The notes beneath the pieces are model-generated. The model made no database searches. It worked only from the letters and a program-made list of their open reading frames with translations, and was not told the DNA's origin. 64,000 nucleotides of DNA from Bacteroidales bacterium (GTDB taxonomy: Bacteria; Bacteroidota; Bacteroidia; Bacteroidales; UBA7960), in contig PWJC01000070.1 in the NCBI GenBank assembly GCA_003560165.1, forward strand, positions 594 to 64,593, in the 5' to 3' direction. The translations under genes and the position numbers were made by a program. Every line of letters starts with the position of its first letter. The first letter of the stretch is position 1. Positions 43,807 through 53,588 of the stretch are shown here, piece by piece.

Positions 43807-44571
43807 ATGTTACGGATAAACAACCTGAAAGTCTCCATCGTTGGGAAACCCATCATCAAAGGACTCAGCCTCGAAGTGGAAGAAGGGGAGGTACACGCCA
43901 TCATGGGGCCCAACGGCTCGGGAAAGAGCACGCTGGCTGCGGTGATCGCCGGCCGCGACAAGTTTGATGTCGATGAGGGCGAAGTGGACTACATGGGAGA
44001 GAGCATTTTTGACATGTCGCCCGAATTGCGGGCCAGAGAAGGCATCTTCCTCGGGTTTCAATACCCGGTTGAAATACCCGGGGTGAGCATCTCCAACTTC
44101 CTGCGTACGGCCATTAACGAAAAACGCAAACACCTCGGCCTGGACCCCCTCACCGGCGCAGAATTCCTGAAGCTGATGGAGGAGAAGAAACGGATGGTCG
44201 ACATTCAGTCGAAGCTCACCAACCGCTCGGTTAACGAAGGTTTTTCGGGAGGAGAAAAAAAGAAGAACGAGATCTTTCAGATGGCCATGCTGGAACCACG
44301 GCTGGCCATCCTGGACGAAACTGACTCCGGTCTGGATATTGACGCACTCAAGGTGGTGGCCAATGGGGTGAACAGTTTGAGAAGCAAAAACAACGCCACC
44401 ATAGTGATCACTCATTACCAGCGGCTTCTCGATTACATCATCCCCGATTTCGTTCACGTGCTCTACGACGGACGCATCATCAAAAGCGGAGGCAGGGGGC
44501 TGGCTCTCGAACTGGAAGAAAAAGGATATGAATGGGTCAAGAAAGAAACCGGCGAAGCCACCGGGGCCTGA
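43807..44571 (+). CDS. sufC: Fe-S cluster assembly ATPase SufC
   Basis: Walker A GPNGSGKST, signature FSGGEKKKNEI, Walker B AILDETDSGLD. Confidence 0.9.
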   Translation: MLRINNLKVSIVGKPIIKGLSLEVEEGEVHAIMGPNGSGKSTLAAVIAGRDKFDVDEGEVDYMGESIFDMSPELRAREGIFLGFQYPVEIPGVSISNFLRTAINEKRKHLGLDPLTGAEFLKLMEEKKRMVDIQSKLTNRSVNEGFSGGEKKKNEIFQMAMLEPRLAILDETDSGLDIDALKVVANGVNSLRSKNNATIVITHYQRLLDYIIPDFVHVLYDGRIIKSGGRGLALELEEKGYEWVKKETGEATGA

Positions 44572-44603
44572 ACCGGAGGCTGACTCAAGGAAGCAATCCC
44601 ATT

Positions 44604-46010
44604 ATGGAAACGACACAAAGCACAGCGATCAAAGACAGCTTGCTCGAACTCTTCAAAGAAAACCAGCAAGCCATTCAGGGACATTCCACCCCCCTGGTCA
44701 ACAGATTGCGCAAGCATGCCATTGCCCGCTTCAGAGACAATGGCTTCCCGGAAACCCATCAGGAAAACTGGAGGTTTACCGACCTGAGCCCCCTGCTGAA
44801 CACCGAATACAGTTTCGATTTCAGCAACCGGAGCCGGAACATGGACACCGACAAGATTTTCACCTGCGAGGTGTATGACCTGGATACATTCAGCATCACC
44901 CTGCTCAACGGTTGGTTCGTATACAAAACCGCTCCCCTGACCAAACTTCCCAACGGCACCATCATCGGCAGTCTGGCCAAAGCCATGGAGGTATATCCCG
45001 AACTGATCGACCGCTTTTACGGGAAAGCTGCCAGGATAGAAGAATACGGCCTGGCCTCGCTCAATACCGCATTTGCCCAGGACGGTCTGTTCATATACGT
45101 GCCCGAGGGGGTAAAGGTTGAAAAACCCATACAGCTGATCAATATCGTAAACGAAGACAAACCTGTATTTTTCCATCCCCGCCACCTGGTGGTAGCCGAA
45201 AAGGATGCCAGGCTCACCCTGGTACACTGAGACCATTCGCTCACCCACAATATCAGTTTCACCAATACGGTCATGGAGGTGTTTGCCCGCGAAAATGCCG
45301 TTATTGATCACTATAAGATTCAGAACAAGGGCCGGAACTCGGCCCTGGTGACCAGCAACTTCTTTTATCAGGACACCTCGAGCAAGCTCACCAGCAACAT
45401 CATCACCCTGAACGGAGGTTTCACCAAGAATCTGGTGGATGTCAACATCCACGGTACTGGAAGCCGCTCTGACCACAATGGCCTCTACCTGGTAGACAGC
45501 AACCAGCATGTCGACAGCCAGATCTTTATAGATCACCGCTCCGAAGCCTGCGAGAGCAATCAATTGTACAAGGGCATCCTCGATGATCAGGCCAGGGCCG
45601 TCTTTTCGGGGAAGGTGCTGGTGCGCAGAATGGCACAGCAAACCAGGGCCAATCAGAACAACCACAACATCCTGCTTACCGACGACGCCAGGACCAACAC
45701 CCAGCCCCATCTGGAGATCTATGCAGACGATGTAAAATGCTCCCACGGGGCCACCGTTGGCCAACTGGACCCCGAGGCCATGTTCTATATGAGGTCGAGG
45801 GGGCTGGGCGAACGAACAGCTCGGCAGATGATGATGATCGCCTTCGCCAGCGAAGTGGTGCAAAAAATCTCCATTGAAGCCCTTCGCGACAGGATACATC
45901 ATTTGGTAGAGAAACGTCTGAAGGGCGAACTGTCCATTTGCGACCAATGCGTACTGCATTGCAACAGCAAGGAACCCACAAGCTTCAACATCGACCTGAG
46001 CAAACTCTAA
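44604..46010 (+). pseudogene. sufD: SufD interrupted by one in-frame TGA (45228-45230): pseudogene, sequencing error or recoding
   Basis: ORFs 44604-45227 and 45231-46010 are in the same frame and together form a full-length SufD (C-terminal half has LEIYADDVKCSHGATVGQLD). The junction reads RLTLVH-TGA-DHSLTHNISF. Confidence 0.75.
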
Positions 46011-46022
46011 ACCAACCGGCCC

Positions 46023-47243
46023 ATGAGCCTGCAGCACGATAACATTCGAAAAGAATTCCCCATATTGCAACGAGAGGTCAATGGCCGCCCCCTGGTCTAC
46101 CTCGACAATGCCGCCACCACCCAGAAACCCCGGGCGGTGATGGAAAGGCTGCGCATTTACTACGAGCAGGAAAACAGCAACATCCACCGGGGTGCCCACT
46201 ACCTGAGCCAGCAGGCCACGGTGGCCTACGAGAAGGCCCGGGAAACGGTCAAGGGCTTCATCAATGCCGGAAGCCCTCAGGAAGTCATCTTTACCCGGGG
46301 CACCACCGAGGCCATTAATTTGGTGGCTAACTCCTTCTGTAAGAAATTCGTCATGCCGGGCGACGAGGTGCTGATATCGGCCATGGAACATCACTCCAAT
46401 ATCGTTCCCTGGCAGATCGCCTGCCAGGAAAGGGAAGCCTTTCTGAAGGTGATCCCGATGAATGAGGCAGGTGAATTGGACATGGAGGGCTGCCGCGACC
46501 TGCTCAATAAAAAGACAAAGATCGTGGCCGTCACCCATGTAAGCAATGCCCTCGGGACAGTGAATCCTGTCAGGGAGATCATCGACCTGGCCCATGAGAA
46601 AAGCATCCCGGTGCTGATCGATGGGGCACAGGCAACGCCGCACTTCCCGGTCGATGTGCAGGCGCTCGACTGCGACTTTTATTGTTTTTCGGGCCATAAG
46701 GTGTACGGCCCCATGGGAGTGGGGGTGCTTTACGGCAAGGAGGAATGGCTCAACAGCATGCCCCCCTACCAGGGAGGAGGCGAAATGATCCGGGAGGTCA
46801 GTTTTTCGAAGACCACTTACAGTGAGTTGCCTTTCAAGTTCGAGGCAGGCACCCCGAATGTGGCCGATGTGCTTGGCATGGAAACAGCACTGCTTTTCAT
46901 TAAGGGATTGGGCCAGCAACAGATAGCCGCCTATGAGGACGACCTGCTCAACTATGCCATTTCGCAGCTGGGCGCCCTCGACAAGATTCGCTTCGTTGGC
47001 ACGGCCGGGCAGCGTGCCGGGGTGGTTTCCTTTGTGTTTGACGACATTCACCCTTACGATACCGGCACCATACTCGACAAGCTGGGCATTGCCGTGCGCA
47101 CCGGACACCATTGCGCACAACCCATCATGGACTTTTTCAAGATTCCCGGCACGGTAAGGGCATCCCTGGGCCTGTACAACACCAGGCAGGAAATTGATCT
47201 GCTTGTACACGGCCTGGCCAGGGTCAGGGAAATGTTCGCCTGA
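46023..47243 (+). CDS. sufS: Cysteine desulfurase SufS (class V aminotransferase, group II)
   Basis: PLP-lysine region FSGHKVYGPMGVGVLYG and catalytic Cys loop RTGHHCAQP. Confidence 0.9.
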   Translation: MSLQHDNIRKEFPILQREVNGRPLVYLDNAATTQKPRAVMERLRIYYEQENSNIHRGAHYLSQQATVAYEKARETVKGFINAGSPQEVIFTRGTTEAINLVANSFCKKFVMPGDEVLISAMEHHSNIVPWQIACQEREAFLKVIPMNEAGELDMEGCRDLLNKKTKIVAVTHVSNALGTVNPVREIIDLAHEKSIPVLIDGAQATPHFPVDVQALDCDFYCFSGHKVYGPMGVGVLYGKEEWLNSMPPYQGGGEMIREVSFSKTTYSELPFKFEAGTPNVADVLGMETALLFIKGLGQQQIAAYEDDLLNYAISQLGALDKIRFVGTAGQRAGVVSFVFDDIHPYDTGTILDKLGIAVRTGHHCAQPIMDFFKIPGTVRASLGLYNTRQEIDLLVHGLARVREMFA

Positions 47244-47264
47244 ACCACAAACCCCACAAAAGCA

Positions 47265-47741
47265 ATGAAACAACTCAGCGGTTACGGTCATCTGAAAGCA
47301 GCAAACAAGCACTATGGGAAAGTATTTTTCTCCCTGATCCTCCTGCTGGTATTCGTTTCTATCATGGTGAGCAATTTCGGCCCTGTACTCGCACACGACC
47401 CCGGCCTCTTTGCCGGAATGAAGACCCTGGCCTATATCCTTGCCGGTGTCCTGCTGGTGCTGGCCTATGCCCTGGTACAAAAAAAGATACACCGGATACC
47501 GCAAGAATGGCCGCTGGAAGATAAAATGGCCCATTACCGCAAGGCCACCAGCCTCAGGCTTTGGCTCATAGGGGCAGCGGGCTTGCTGATCTCCCTCTTT
47601 TTCCTGCTCACTGCCGATACCAACCTGATCCTGGTACTGGCCATTGTGTTGATTTTCCTGATCCTGAGCCGGCCAGGACCCTTTAAGGCAGGAAGTGACC
47701 TGAAGCTGTCTGAAGAAGATAAGAAAGAACTGCTGCAATAG
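47265..47741 (+). CDS. Hypothetical 4-TM membrane protein embedded in the suf operon
   Basis: True ATG start, four hydrophobic segments, lies between sufS and sufE with short gaps. No family recognised. Confidence 0.45.
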   Translation: MKQLSGYGHLKAANKHYGKVFFSLILLLVFVSIMVSNFGPVLAHDPGLFAGMKTLAYILAGVLLVLAYALVQKKIHRIPQEWPLEDKMAHYRKATSLRLWLIGAAGLLISLFFLLTADTNLILVLAIVLIFLILSRPGPFKAGSDLKLSEEDKKELLQ

Positions 47742-47805
47742 GCCAGACCGGAACCCCCACGGTCTGCCCGCGGCCTTTGCCCCATCGGCTAAAAATGCAA
47801 CCCAA

Positions 47806-48249
47806 ATGACCATCAAAGAAAGAGAGCAAGAGATCATCAATGAGTTTGAACTTTTCGATGACTGGATGGATAAATACAACTATATCATCGAGTTGGGCAA
47901 ATCGGTTCCCTCCATTCCGGCCGAATACAAGGTGGAAAAATACCTGATCAGCGGCTGTCAGGCCAGTGTATGGCTGCATGCCCGCTACGAAAACGGCAAG
48001 GTATATTTCTCGGCCGAAAGCGACGCACTAATCACCAAGGGGATCGTGGCTTTGCTTATCAGGGTATTGTCCGGACAGCCGCCCCGGGATATCATCGATG
48101 CCGAGCTGGACTTCATTAACCGGATCGGGCTGAAGGAACACCTGTCGCAGACACGCGCCAATGGCTTGCTGAATATGATCAGGCAAATGAAATTGTATGC
48201 GCTGGCCTTTCAGCGCACAGAAACCGGCAAACACACACAACATGATTAA
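47806..48249 (+). CDS. sufE: Sulfur acceptor protein SufE
   Basis: Conserved ISGCQASVWL persulfide-acceptor Cys motif, about 147 aa. Confidence 0.85.
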   Translation: MTIKEREQEIINEFELFDDWMDKYNYIIELGKSVPSIPAEYKVEKYLISGCQASVWLHARYENGKVYFSAESDALITKGIVALLIRVLSGQPPRDIIDAELDFINRIGLKEHLSQTRANGLLNMIRQMKLYALAFQRTETGKHTQHD

Positions 48250-48544
48250 GGAAGAGCAGGTTGTCGATGCCCTGAAAACGGTATTCGATCCGGAGATCCC
48301 GGTCAATGTGTATGACCTGGGGCTGATTTACGGCATCGATGTCGAAGATGCAGGCAGGGTGAACGTCACCATGACGCTGACCAACCCCAATTGTCCGGTG
48401 GCAGATGAACTGCCCAGGCAGGTAGCCGCTGCGGTCGAACAACTCGAGGGGGTGAACGAGGCCAGGGTGAAACTGGTCTTCGAGCCACCATGGTCAAAGG
48501 AAAACATGTCGGACGCCGCCATGCTGGAGCTGGGGCTGCTCTGA
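48242..48544 (+). CDS. sufT: DUF59 (SufT/PaaD-like) Fe-S assembly protein
   Basis: MIKEEQVVDALKTVFDPEIPVNVYDLGLIYGIDV...LTNPNCPVA. ATG overlaps the sufE stop. Confidence 0.75.
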   Translation: MIKEEQVVDALKTVFDPEIPVNVYDLGLIYGIDVEDAGRVNVTMTLTNPNCPVADELPRQVAAAVEQLEGVNEARVKLVFEPPWSKENMSDAAMLELGLL

Positions 48545-48652
48545 GCAGGCGGCAAAATAGGGGCAACTAAAATCGCTATCTCTTCGGGTTTGGGCGGTTA
48601 CGGCTTGAACTGACCTGGCGAAAATATGTTTTTTTTGTTTTGAAAAAGATTG

Positions 48653-48660
48653 TATTTTTG
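48653..48660 (+). promoter_or_regulatory. Candidate Bacteroidota -7 promoter box (TAnnTTTG)
   Basis: TATTTTTG, 46 nt upstream of the gcvH ATG at 48706. Confidence 0.35.
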
Positions 48661-48705
48661 GCTCCTGAACACTCCTCTGAGCTAAACACCTAAACCCCCC
48701 GATCA

Positions 48706-49086
48706 ATGAATATCCCCGACAATCTGAAGTACACCAAAGATCATGAATGGGTCATGATCGAAGGCGACACCGCCACCATCGGCATCACCGATTTTGCACA
48801 AAACGAATTGGGCGACATAGTTTTTGTGGAAGTGGACACCGTGGGCGAAACCCTGGACCGTGAAGAGACCTTTGGCAGCATCGAGGCCGTAAAAACGGTA
48901 TCCGATCTGTTCATGCCGCTGGATGGCGAGGTGCTTGAGTTCAACGAAGAACTCGAATCCTCTCCCGACATCATCAACAAAGACCCCTATGGCGAGGGAT
49001 GGATCATCCGGATTAAAATGGCAGATGCCTCCCAGGCCGATGAATTGCTGGGGTCCGAACAATACAGGAAGCTGGTCGGCGCCTGA
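48706..49086 (+). CDS. gcvH: Glycine cleavage system H protein
   Basis: YTKDHEWV...[20 protein letters not shown]...[15 protein letters not shown] (lipoyl-lysine motif). Confidence 0.9.
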   Translation: MNIPDNLKYTKDHEWVMIEGDTATIGITDFAQNELGDIVFVEVDTVGETLDREETFGSIEAVKTVSDLFMPLDGEVLEFNEELESSPDIINKDPYGEGWIIRIKMADASQADELLGSEQYRKLVGA

Positions 49087-49103
49087 TCTGCAAAAAACTC
49101 TCC

Positions 49104-49529
49104 ATGCCGGCGACCTCCGTAAAAAGGAATTTTTTGTTTTTTCTTCCTGCCCTTATCTGGGGATTGGTGATACTGGCTGCGGTCAGCATTCCCTCTGCCA
49201 GCATTCCCGAAACAGGCCTTTTGGATATCCCCCTGATAGACAAGTTCATCCATTTTGCCCTGTTTTCTGTTTTTGGCATCCTGCTGGCATCGGGCTTTTT
49301 CAAAAACCAGCGTACAGGCGGAAGCGGCAGCTGGCGCCGGCGCATTGTCCTGAGCATCATCACCGGTATCGGATACGGGGCGATCACCGAATATTGGCAA
49401 TTTTGCTGCCTGACCGACAGACACGGGAGTCTCGCCGATGTCCTGGCCAACGGATTTGGAACGGTTTTTGGAGTGATCCTCTTTGAAGTCTTCCGGTCAT
49501 CAAAGGAAGGATCGTTAACAACCAATTGA
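49104..49529 (+). CDS. VanZ family membrane protein
   Basis: 4 TM segments with DKFIHFALF and EYWQ...R.GSLADVLANGFG pattern. Confidence 0.65.
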   Translation: MPATSVKRNFLFFLPALIWGLVILAAVSIPSASIPETGLLDIPLIDKFIHFALFSVFGILLASGFFKNQRTGGSGSWRRRIVLSIITGIGYGAITEYWQFCCLTDRHGSLADVLANGFGTVFGVILFEVFRSSKEGSLTTN

Positions 49530-49642
49530 ATTGCGGTACTTGTCTTGATTTTTTAAAAATACTGCGTATATTAGCAAATTATTTTCAAGGGATCCGTTTG
49601 TAGCAAAGCAACAGCCTGTAAAACCAACTAGAACCACTTGTT

Positions 49643-50320
49643 ATGGAAGCGAAAAAAACACCCAAAGCAGACCTGGAAAGCAAAAAGCGCATTTTCCTCC
49701 AGATAGGGATTGCCCTGGCGCTTGGCGCGGCACTGGTGGCTTTTGAATGGAAGCAATACGAAAGGACGGAGATCGATCTCGGTGCCCTCGAAATTGACTT
49801 CATCGAAGAAGAGGACATCCCGATCACCCGGCCGGAGGTACCCCCGCCGCCACCCCCTCCCGAACCCACCCAGGAGCTGATTATTGTAGACGACGACATT
49901 GAACTGGAAGAAGAGTTTACCATTGATTTTGATGCCGATGTGTTGAGCGAGGTCCAGGAGTTCACCCCCATCATATTCGAAGCAGAAGAAGAGGTGGACG
50001 AAGAGGTTATTTTTACCGTGGTGGAAGACCAGCCCGAATTTCCGGGCGGGGAAGCTGCCAGGCAGAAATTTCTTGAGGACAACCTCAGGTATCCGCAGAT
50101 GGCCAGGGAAGCCGGAATCCAGGGAACCGTCTTCATCACCTTTGTGGTGGAGAGAGACGGCAGTGTGACCGATGTGCGGATTTTGCGTGGTATTGGAGGT
50201 GGTTGCGATGAAGAAGCAGTCAGGGTTGTGCGCATGATGCCCCGCTGGGAACCGGGAAGGCAAAGAGGCCAGCCCGTGAGGGTTCAGTTCAATATGCCCA
50301 TCCGTTTCAGGCTGAACTAA
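49643..50320 (+). CDS. Energy transducer TonB
   Basis: N-terminal TM anchor, Pro-rich spacer PEVPPPPPPPEP, C-terminal TonB domain PEFPGGEAA...YPQMAREAGIQGTVFITFVVERDGSV. Confidence 0.8.
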   Translation: MEAKKTPKADLESKKRIFLQIGIALALGAALVAFEWKQYERTEIDLGALEIDFIEEEDIPITRPEVPPPPPPPEPTQELIIVDDDIELEEEFTIDFDADVLSEVQEFTPIIFEAEEEVDEEVIFTVVEDQPEFPGGEAARQKFLEDNLRYPQMAREAGIQGTVFITFVVERDGSVTDVRILRGIGGGCDEEAVRVVRMMPRWEPGRQRGQPVRVQFNMPIRFRLN

Positions 50321-50341
50321 CCCCCGGCACACGAAAAAAAC

Positions 50342-50375
50342 AAAAAGCCGCCAGAAACCCTGGTGGCTTTTTTTA
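50342..50375. terminator. Bidirectional rho-independent terminator (tonB / recG)
   Basis: AAAAA-GCCGCCAG-AAAC-CCTGGTGGC-TTTTTTT: 8-bp stem including one G-U pair, flanked by an A-run and a T-run, between convergent genes. Confidence 0.6.
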
Positions 50376-52496
50376 TCAGCTGATTCGGCTCCAGCTCAGG
50401 CTGTCGCGGTAGAGCAACTGAAGCTGCCTTTTGAGCAGGCTGTTTGCGGGCATCTGCAATCCGGGATCCTTTTCAAGCAATGCCCTCGCCTGCTGCCGGG
50501 CAAGCGACAGCAGGGGCCCGTCTTTGGCCAGGTCAGCGATTTTCAGTTCGGGGATCCCGCTCTGCTGGGTACCCTGGATGTCGCCGGGACCCCGAAGCTG
50601 AAGATCGGCTTCGGCAATCTGAAAACCATCGTTGGTCGACACCATAACTTCCAGGCGCTTCCGTGCATCGGCACTGAGTTGTTTGTCCGACATCAGGATG
50701 CAGTAAGACTGGTCGGCACCCCTGCCTACACGCCCCCGCAGCTGATGCAGCTGCGACAGCCCGAAACGCTGGGCGCTTTCAATAACCATGACCGAGGCAT
50801 TGGGCACATCGATTCCCACCTCGATAACGGTGGTGGCCACCATGATCTGGGTTTGCCCCCTGACAAATCGCTGCATCTCGAAGTCCTTGTCGGCCGGACT
50901 CATCCTGCCATGGAGGATGCTTACTGCATAGTAGGGCAGGGGAAACTCCCTTACGATGCTCTCATAGCCGTCGGTCAAGTCCTTGAGGTCGAGTTTTTCG
51001 GATTCCTGAATCAGGGGATACACCACATATACCTGCCGGCCCATTTTTATCTGCTGGCGCATAAAACCGAATACTTTCAGTCGATGGCTGTCGTATTGGT
51101 GAATTGTTTTGATGGGTTTGCGTCCGGGGGGCAACTCATCGATCACCGAAATTTCCAGATCGCCATAAATTGTCATGGCCAGGGTACGTGGTATCGGGGT
51201 AGCCGTCATAACCAGCACATGGGGAGGGGTGGAGCTTTTTGACCACAACCTGGCCCGCTGGGCCACCCCAAAGCGATGCTGTTCATCAATCACCACCATG
51301 CCCAGTTTTTCAAACTCTACCACATCTTCAATCAGGGCGTGGGTGCCGATGATCACCTGCAGGCTGCCCTGTTTGAGTTCAGAGAGAATGTTGCGCCGCT
51401 CTGATTGCCGGGTGGAACCTGTCAGCAGGCCTGCTTTTACATCAAGCCCATTCAGCATGGCACTGACCGATTCGGCATGTTGGAAGGCCAGTATTTCGGT
51501 AGGGGCCATCAGGCATGCCTGAAAACCATTATCCAGGGCCATCAGCATGCTCATGACAGCGACCACGGTTTTCCCGCTGCCCACATCGCCCTGCAATAGC
51601 CTGTTCATTTGCCGCCCCGACAGGGTGTCGGCGCGGATCTCCTTCAGCACCCGCTTTTGTGCCCCGGTTAACTCAAAGGACAGCTCCCGGTGAAAAAAAC
51701 CGTTGAAAAGCTGCCCGATTTGCGGGAACACATAACCCTCTGTTGTTTCTTCGCGCAGGAGCTTATTTCGGAGCAGGTTGAGCTGGATATAGAACAGCTC
51801 TTCAAACTTCAGGCGGGCCCGGGCTTTCTGCATCATCTCGAAGCTGCCCGGAAAATGGATCTGGTAGAAGGCCTCCTTGCGCGGCAACAATTTCACCGAG
51901 CTGAGAAGATGTCCGGGGAGGGTTTCCCCGATGTGGCTGCCGGCAAGCGGAAGCAGCGTCTTCATCAGCCTGGCGATGCCCTTGCTGTCCAGGCCTTTCG
52001 ATCTGAGTTTCTCGGTGGAGTTGTATACTGCCTGCAGGGCCGGTACCTGATTGATGGCTTCCGGGCTCACCGGCTCGATTTCGGGGTGGGCGATACTGAG
52101 GTGTTGGCCATAGCGCTGCGGCTTGCCGAATACGATGTATTCCACTCCGGGCAGGAAACGGTTTTTCAGCCATTTGAAACCCCTGAACCACACCAGTTCC
52201 ATCCTGCCCGTCTGATCTTTCAGGCTGGCCGTCATCCGTGTGGTCCTGTTCTTGCCATGAAGCCGGATGTCGTCGATAGTGCCCCTGAGCTGCACATAGG
52301 GCATCTCTTCGCTAACCTGGCCAATGGTGTGGAAGCGGCTCCGGTCAACATACCTGAATGGGAAAAAGGTAAGCAGGTCGGCAAAGGTGAACAGCCCCAG
52401 TTCGCTCCTCAGCAGCCCGGCCCGTTGGGGGCCGACGCCTTTGAGATAGTCCAGGGGAGTGTCCAGATAGGAAGGGCCTGACCTCTCAGCCATCAT
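50376..52496 (-). CDS. recG: ATP-dependent DNA helicase RecG
   Basis: Wedge domain N-terminus, helicase motifs GDVGSGKT, VIDEQHRFGV, MTATPIPRT, QLHQLRGRVGRG. Confidence 0.9.
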   Translation of the reverse strand: MMAERSGPSYLDTPLDYLKGVGPQRAGLLRSELGLFTFADLLTFFPFRYVDRSRFHTIGQVSEEMPYVQLRGTIDDIRLHGKNRTTRMTASLKDQTGRMELVWFRGFKWLKNRFLPGVEYIVFGKPQRYGQHLSIAHPEIEPVSPEAINQVPALQAVYNSTEKLRSKGLDSKGIARLMKTLLPLAGSHIGETLPGHLLSSVKLLPRKEAFYQIHFPGSFEMMQKARARLKFEELFYIQLNLLRNKLLREETTEGYVFPQIGQLFNGFFHRELSFELTGAQKRVLKEIRADTLSGRQMNRLLQGDVGSGKTVVAVMSMLMALDNGFQACLMAPTEILAFQHAESVSAMLNGLDVKAGLLTGSTRQSERRNILSELKQGSLQVIIGTHALIEDVVEFEKLGMVVIDEQHRFGVAQRARLWSKSSTPPHVLVMTATPIPRTLAMTIYGDLEISVIDELPPGRKPIKTIHQYDSHRLKVFGFMRQQIKMGRQVYVVYPLIQESEKLDLKDLTDGYESIVREFPLPYYAVSILHGRMSPADKDFEMQRFVRGQTQIMVATTVIEVGIDVPNASVMVIESAQRFGLSQLHQLRGRVGRGADQSYCILMSDKQLSADARKRLEVMVSTNDGFQIAEADLQLRGPGDIQGTQQSGIPELKIADLAKDGPLLSLARQQARALLEKDPGLQMPANSLLKRQLQLLYRDSLSWSRIS

Positions 52497-52569
52497 CTTA
52501 TTTTCTTGTTTGGGCCTACAAAAAGAAAGTCAGGCATAAAATTAATGTAAAATAATGCGCAAGTGTTGT

Positions 52570-52577
52570 TAATTTTG
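52570..52577 (+). promoter_or_regulatory. Candidate Bacteroidota -7 promoter box (TAnnTTTG)
   Basis: TAATTTTG, 29 nt upstream of ATG 52606. Confidence 0.35.
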
Positions 52578-52605
52578 GTGAGACTTCAGAATAAAGAGCA
52601 AAGCG

Positions 52606-53553
52606 ATGAATATATTATTTTTCGGTGCCGGGGTCATCGGCACCACGTATGCGTGGCAATTGCACGAATCGGGGCATGATGTCAGCCTTCTTGTACGAAA
52701 GCACCGCCTGGTCAGGCACAATCACTCAGGGGTTTCGATAAACTATACGGATCTGCGCAGCCAGGGGACGCCTCACGGCCAAACCGTTTTCAGGGCCAAA
52801 ACCATCGACCGCCTGGATCCCCGCAAACCTTTCGACCTCATCGTGGTCAGTGTAAAAAACAGCCAGTTGGGAGATGCCATTCCCTACATCGCCAAATTTT
52901 CGGGCAATGCCCACATCCTGTTCATGGGCAATATCTGGGATGAGTTCAAACTGGTCAACCATCACTTTCCCAAAGGAAGGTGCTTCTATGCCTATCCGGA
53001 TAAGGTTGCCGGGAGCTATACCGAAAACGGCATCAACTGCTACCTCTTTGAAAAAGCCCATACCCTGATAGGGGAGGTCGACGTGAAGACCAGCCAACGC
53101 GTACAAGAGGTGTCGGATATGATGGAATCGGCGGGTATGAACCCCCGGACCACAGACAAAATAACCGACTGGATACAACACCGATACCTGATATCGGCCA
53201 TCCTTCCGGGGCTGATCAGCAAATCAGGAGGCGCCACCTTGTTTGCAACCAGCAATACCCTCATCGGCCAGTACCTGGCTGCCCTCAGGGAAGGGCAGAA
53301 GGTATGCCGCAAAAGGGGGGTCAGGCCTGTTAACTTGTTTCCCTTCAACCGTTTTTACCTTCCCCGTATCCTACTTGCCTACCTGGTAAGGCGATCGTTT
53401 ACCCCTCACTATCTGGCCGCCCTGGATGCCCAGATGAAACACGGCCCGGAAGACAAAAAAAAGCAGTACCGCGATGTGCTGCATACGGGCAAACGCCTGA
53501 AAATCCCCATGCCCTACTGGTCATCCTTTGAAAAATACATGGATTTTTCTTAA
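52606..53553 (+). CDS. Ketopantoate reductase (PanE/ApbA) family NAD(P)-binding oxidoreductase
   Basis: Rossmann start MNILFFGAGVIGTTYAWQL, about 315 aa. Family-level call only. Confidence 0.6.
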   Translation: MNILFFGAGVIGTTYAWQLHESGHDVSLLVRKHRLVRHNHSGVSINYTDLRSQGTPHGQTVFRAKTIDRLDPRKPFDLIVVSVKNSQLGDAIPYIAKFSGNAHILFMGNIWDEFKLVNHHFPKGRCFYAYPDKVAGSYTENGINCYLFEKAHTLIGEVDVKTSQRVQEVSDMMESAGMNPRTTDKITDWIQHRYLISAILPGLISKSGGATLFATSNTLIGQYLAALREGQKVCRKRGVRPVNLFPFNRFYLPRILLAYLVRRSFTPHYLAALDAQMKHGPEDKKKQYRDVLHTGKRLKIPMPYWSSFEKYMDFS

Positions 53554-53588
53554 TTTTAACCAACCAAGTCCGTAAACTACCCCAATCC

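Noticed and set aside
45228-45290. Selenocysteine insertion at the sufD TGA
   Set aside because: No SECIS-like stem-loop with an apical G/U-containing loop lies 10-40 nt downstream, and no sel genes are in the window. It is kept only as a low-probability alternative in the finding.
44463-47879. 1138-aa minus-strand ORF spanning the suf operon
   Set aside because: It is antisense to sufC, sufD, sufS and the membrane ORF, all of which carry strong conserved motifs on the plus strand. Its translation is low-complexity (G/V/H/Q-rich) with no recognisable domain. This is a typical shadow ORF in GC-rich coding DNA.
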